From: Candidatus Poribacteria bacterium
GTDB taxonomy: Bacteria > Poribacteria > WGA-4E > WGA-3G
Assembly: GCA_965197475.1 (NCBI GenBank)
Contig: CBDANF010000003.1
Coordinates: forward strand, 64,001 to 128,000
Direction: 5' to 3'
Length of the DNA: 64,000 nt
The notes below the pieces were generated by a model. It was not told where the DNA came from. It did no database searches and worked only from the letters and a program-made list of their open reading frames with translations. A program made the position numbers and the translations under genes. This document shows positions 61,740 through 64,000 of the stretch, one piece after another; the stretch's first letter is position 1; every line of letters starts with the position of its first letter.

Positions 61740-62495
61740 ATGCAAAAGAAAATAAAATCACCCATTTGGCAGTCCTATAAACAACATATTATAACCTGCG
61801 TATTAGTAATGGTAGCTTTAACCTTTTCTGCTTGCGGTAAAAAGGTCGCGCGCGTTTCCATTCCAATTAAAGTGCAATCCGAAATTGACATTAATACGTA
61901 TTCAAACTTTGCCGTTCTGCCTTTTGTCAGTGAAAAAAGTTCTACAAAATTAAACGAAATACCCGCTGAAATAGGAAGCGAAATTGCTGATATCCTGAGA
62001 AGCGGTTTAACACGTCGAAAACATTTTGAGGTTGTTGATAAACAAGAAACAGCACGATTAATGACCGGAGAAGATGTAACCGAAGAATGGCTTACCGATA
62101 CAGAACACTTGAGTGAGTTAGGTCAATACTTTGAAGTAAAAGGTATCATTGTCGGAAGTTACCGATTCTACACAGATACCCGACCAAGACGTTACTATGG
62201 TGAACGATACTCAGTCCGTCAACAACGTTATATCATGGACTATCAGGACTATATGCAGAAAACCTATCTGCTTTCACTCAGAGTGATGATAATAGACATT
62301 GATACCGAAAAAATAATCTGGGATGAAACATATCAGCAAAGCACCGCAGAAGCACATTCTATCGGTTCCTTCGTCTTTTCGCAGATGGTACCGAAAGAAA
62401 CAACGCTAAGAGAACTCAGCAAACGAGCACTCTCCCAATTTACACGCGATATCTCACCCCACTATGAACAAGAGGACCGATTCCTGATGAGGTAG
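61740..62495 (+). CDS. CsgG/LpoB-like lipoprotein
   Basis: FSAC lipobox, FAVLPF, FEVVDK, IIVGS, IDIDTEKIIW. ATG 61740 is in frame with the listed ORF. Confidence 0.7.
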   Translation: MQKKIKSPIWQSYKQHIITCVLVMVALTFSACGKKVARVSIPIKVQSEIDINTYSNFAVLPFVSEKSSTKLNEIPAEIGSEIADILRSGLTRRKHFEVVDKQETARLMTGEDVTEEWLTDTEHLSELGQYFEVKGIIVGSYRFYTDTRPRRYYGERYSVRQQRYIMDYQDYMQKTYLLSLRVMIIDIDTEKIIWDETYQQSTAEAHSIGSFVFSQMVPKETTLRELSKRALSQFTRDISPHYEQEDRFLMR

Positions 62496-62607
62496 TCACC
62501 CTCCAAGAATGACAGTTTAGATTTTTACGCTGACATCTTCCTGAAAACCTACAATCCTAAAGTTGAAATTTGCGATGAAAACGATCACATCACATAAAAG
62601 GAAACCG

Positions 62608-64000
62608 ATGCAAACTCTAAAAAAAATCGCAGCAAAAAATATCTTCACCAATGTCAAAATCATGTGCTTTTTCCTCTGTTTTGGTCTAACAATGCTTATT
62701 TCGTCAAGCGTTTTGGCACAAGGTTTCGGGAAAAACAAGATTACCGCGCAACGTTTTGATTGGCACGTTCATCGCACCGAACACTTCGATATCCACTACT
62801 ACCCAAGCGAAGCAAAACTTGTTCCCGTGATGGCAGCCATCGCCGAAGAAGCTTATGAGAAACATAGTGAAGATTTCGAACACGAAATTAAAGGAAGAAC
62901 CCCACTTATTCTTTACAAATCACATAAGGATTTTCAAGAAACTAATATCATCCTTCAGGAGCTGCATGAAGGTATTGGAGGCTTCGCAGAACTCTTCAAA
63001 CATCGCGTTGTTATTCCCTTTACTGGATCACTTGAAGCTTTTCGCGAGGTCATTTTTCATGAACTCATCCACATCTTTCAATATGATATTCTCTATCAAA
63101 AACCCCATGCAAGTATCTATAGCGGAGAGTTTCTCTATTCTCCACCTATATGGTTTATGGAAGGAATGGCGGATTACTTCGCTGAGGATAATGACGCTAT
63201 CGGTGAAATGGTGTTGAGAGATGCAAGCATCAACAACAACATCGTACCTTTAACAGAATTACAAAACTTTAATCGTCTGAGTTCACCTTACATCGGATAT
63301 AAAATGGGACAGTTGGCTGTTGGTTATCTCGTCCAGACGTATGGACAGGAAAAAATCGCTGAGATTCTACGAGGTTTACGCCAAAGCAGAACTAAAAATT
63401 TAGACTTAGTCTTTCAGAACGTCTTGGGAGTCAGTCTCAAAGAATTCGATACAGACTATCAGCAGATGATGCGGAAACGTTACTGGCCCCTGATAGAGGA
63501 CAAGGAATTGCCCAACATCGCTGCAAGGAAACTTACCGAAAAAGCCAGATTTTCACACAATATCAAACCTATATGGTCACCGAGCGGCGATATTATCGCC
63601 TATATTACCGGCAATGACGGGTTTTTAGAAATTATCCTCATGTCTGCCAAAACCGGTGAACATCTGGACCGGATAACAAAACGTTTTTTCCGTAATAAGT
63701 ACGAAGAAATCCGCACCGATTCCAGTGGGTTCGACAGAAGCCTTGCTTGGGCACCTGATGGCGACCATATCGCCTTCATCGGCAAATACCACCACACAAA
63801 TTATCTCTTTGAAGTCAATATCCTTACGCATAAATTGACACATTACGTTAAGCTTGATTTTGATACTGCGACTTCACCTAATTATGATGGTTCCGGTAAA
63901 CGCATCGTTTTTTCTGCCTTACAGGAAGGGCAAACAGACCTTTACATTATTGAACTTGAGTCAGAGACGATCAACCAATTAACCCGAGACCCCTTTAATG
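62608..64000 (+). CDS. Exported peptidase-MA-like + PD40/TolB-like protein (runs off the window)
   Basis: Hand-translated: AQGFGKNKI, TEHFDIHYY, VIFHELIHIFQ (HExxH), PIWFMEGMADY, WSPSG, WAPDG. Confidence 0.85.
   Translation, partial: MQTLKKIAAKNIFTNVKIMCFFLCFGLTMLISSSVLAQGFGKNKITAQRFDWHVHRTEHFDIHYYPSEAKLVPVMAAIAEEAYEKHSEDFEHEIKGRTPLILYKSHKDFQETNIILQELHEGIGGFAELFKHRVVIPFTGSLEAFREVIFHELIHIFQYDILYQKPHASIYSGEFLYSPPIWFMEGMADYFAEDNDAIGEMVLRDASINNNIVPLTELQNFNRLSSPYIGYKMGQLAVGYLVQTYGQEKIAEILRGLRQSRTKNLDLVFQNVLGVSLKEFDTDYQQMMRKRYWPLIEDKELPNIAARKLTEKARFSHNIKPIWSPSGDIIAYITGNDGFLEIILMSAKTGEHLDRITKRFFRNKYEEIRTDSSGFDRSLAWAPDGDHIAFIGKYHHTNYLFEVNILTHKLTHYVKLDFDTATSPNYDGSGKRIVFSALQEGQTDLYIIELESETINQLTRDPFN

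Overview
A ~42% GC (visual estimate) bacterial chromosomal segment, most consistent with Candidatus Poribacteria. This is an inference from the LRR/dockerin/FlgD-Ig surface proteins, the C-terminal 'LTTLWGELK' motif, the PSCyt/DUF1592-DUF1552 pair, the sulfatase and the sugar isomerases. Housekeeping content includes class II ribonucleotide reductase (nrdJ), RNase P RNA, tRNA-Leu(CAG), UDP-glucose dehydrogenase, a macrodomain protein and a GT9. Many exported proteins are also present. Intergenic space is saturated with IS701 and IS630 elements, their MITEs, and several GTAG-type REP-like hairpin families nested inside one another. The top observation is that the P12 helix of the RNase P RNA contains a 155-bp TA-flanked MITE. 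Its terminal inverted repeats resemble those of an intact IS630 elsewhere in the window, and it carries REP hairpins. Other highlights: (1) MITE shells with interchangeable REP cores; (2) a DUF1592/DUF1552 locus split by cargo with duplicated gene ends, namely mosaic peptidase paralogs, a reused Tat signal and a candidate novel restriction-modification pair; (3) a PorU-like C25 protein with CTD-bearing cargo; (4) a sigma54 promoter with a tandem enhancer.
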